Sequence record: OZ262643.1
Length of the DNA: 32,000 nt
Strand: one strand, 5' to 3'
Both the position numbers and the translations under genes were made by a program. Under the pieces are notes generated by a model. That model ran no database searches. It was not told the origin of the DNA and was given only the letters and a program-made list of their open reading frames with translations. Shown one piece after another: positions 31,886 to 32,000 of this stretch. The stretch's first letter is position 1; each line of letters opens with the position of its first letter.

Positions 31886-32000
31886 TAATCTGTCTGTTAA
31901 GTATTTATTATTGTATTAATTAAAGTGTCCATTTTTTATTTGATGTTATTTATTATTTAAAAAGTAATAATTATTTTTTTAATGATAAATTTGAAAATCA

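Overview
This window reads as an ordinary, densely packed segment of a red-algal (Rhodophyta) plastid genome. I see no evidence for a novel or accessory system. I could run no searches, so gene identities rest on conserved motifs I recognise in the supplied translations.

Content:
- It holds 28 protein genes. From my coordinates, about 2.7 kb of the 32 kb is non-coding, so roughly 92% is coding.
- The sequence is visibly very AT-rich.
- Gene order: preA(-, partial), pdhA, pdhB, petA(-), tatC(-), apcE, apcA, apcB, atpE(-), atpB(-), ycf3(-), infB, rps18(-), rpl33(-), rps20, rpoB, rpoC1, rpoC2, rps2, tsf, atpI, atpH, atpG, atpF, atpD, atpA, sufC(-), sufB(-).

Basis for the taxonomic call: phycobilisome core genes (apcE/A/B) occur together with organelle-encoded pdhA/pdhB, tsf, infB, preA, tatC and sufBC. 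They sit alongside cyanobacterial-type rpoB-C1-C2 and atpIHGFDA / atpBE clusters. That combination is the signature of rhodophyte plastomes.

Not found: tRNA, rRNA or other structured RNA genes, introns, CRISPR arrays, mobile elements, long repeats, or disrupted reading frames. No spacer exceeds 289 bp, so there is no room for an unannotated multi-gene system.

The items worth a second look are all small-scale:
- stem-loops at operon ends and inside the atp cluster, especially just after atpH;
- two start/stop overlaps (rpoB/rpoC1 TAATG, atpF/atpD ATGA);
- an ambiguous start and a low-complexity N-terminal region in infB;
- a 16-bp direct repeat upstream of rpoB;
- an inverted repeat upstream of sufB;
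- the 289-bp rpoC2-rps2 spacer.
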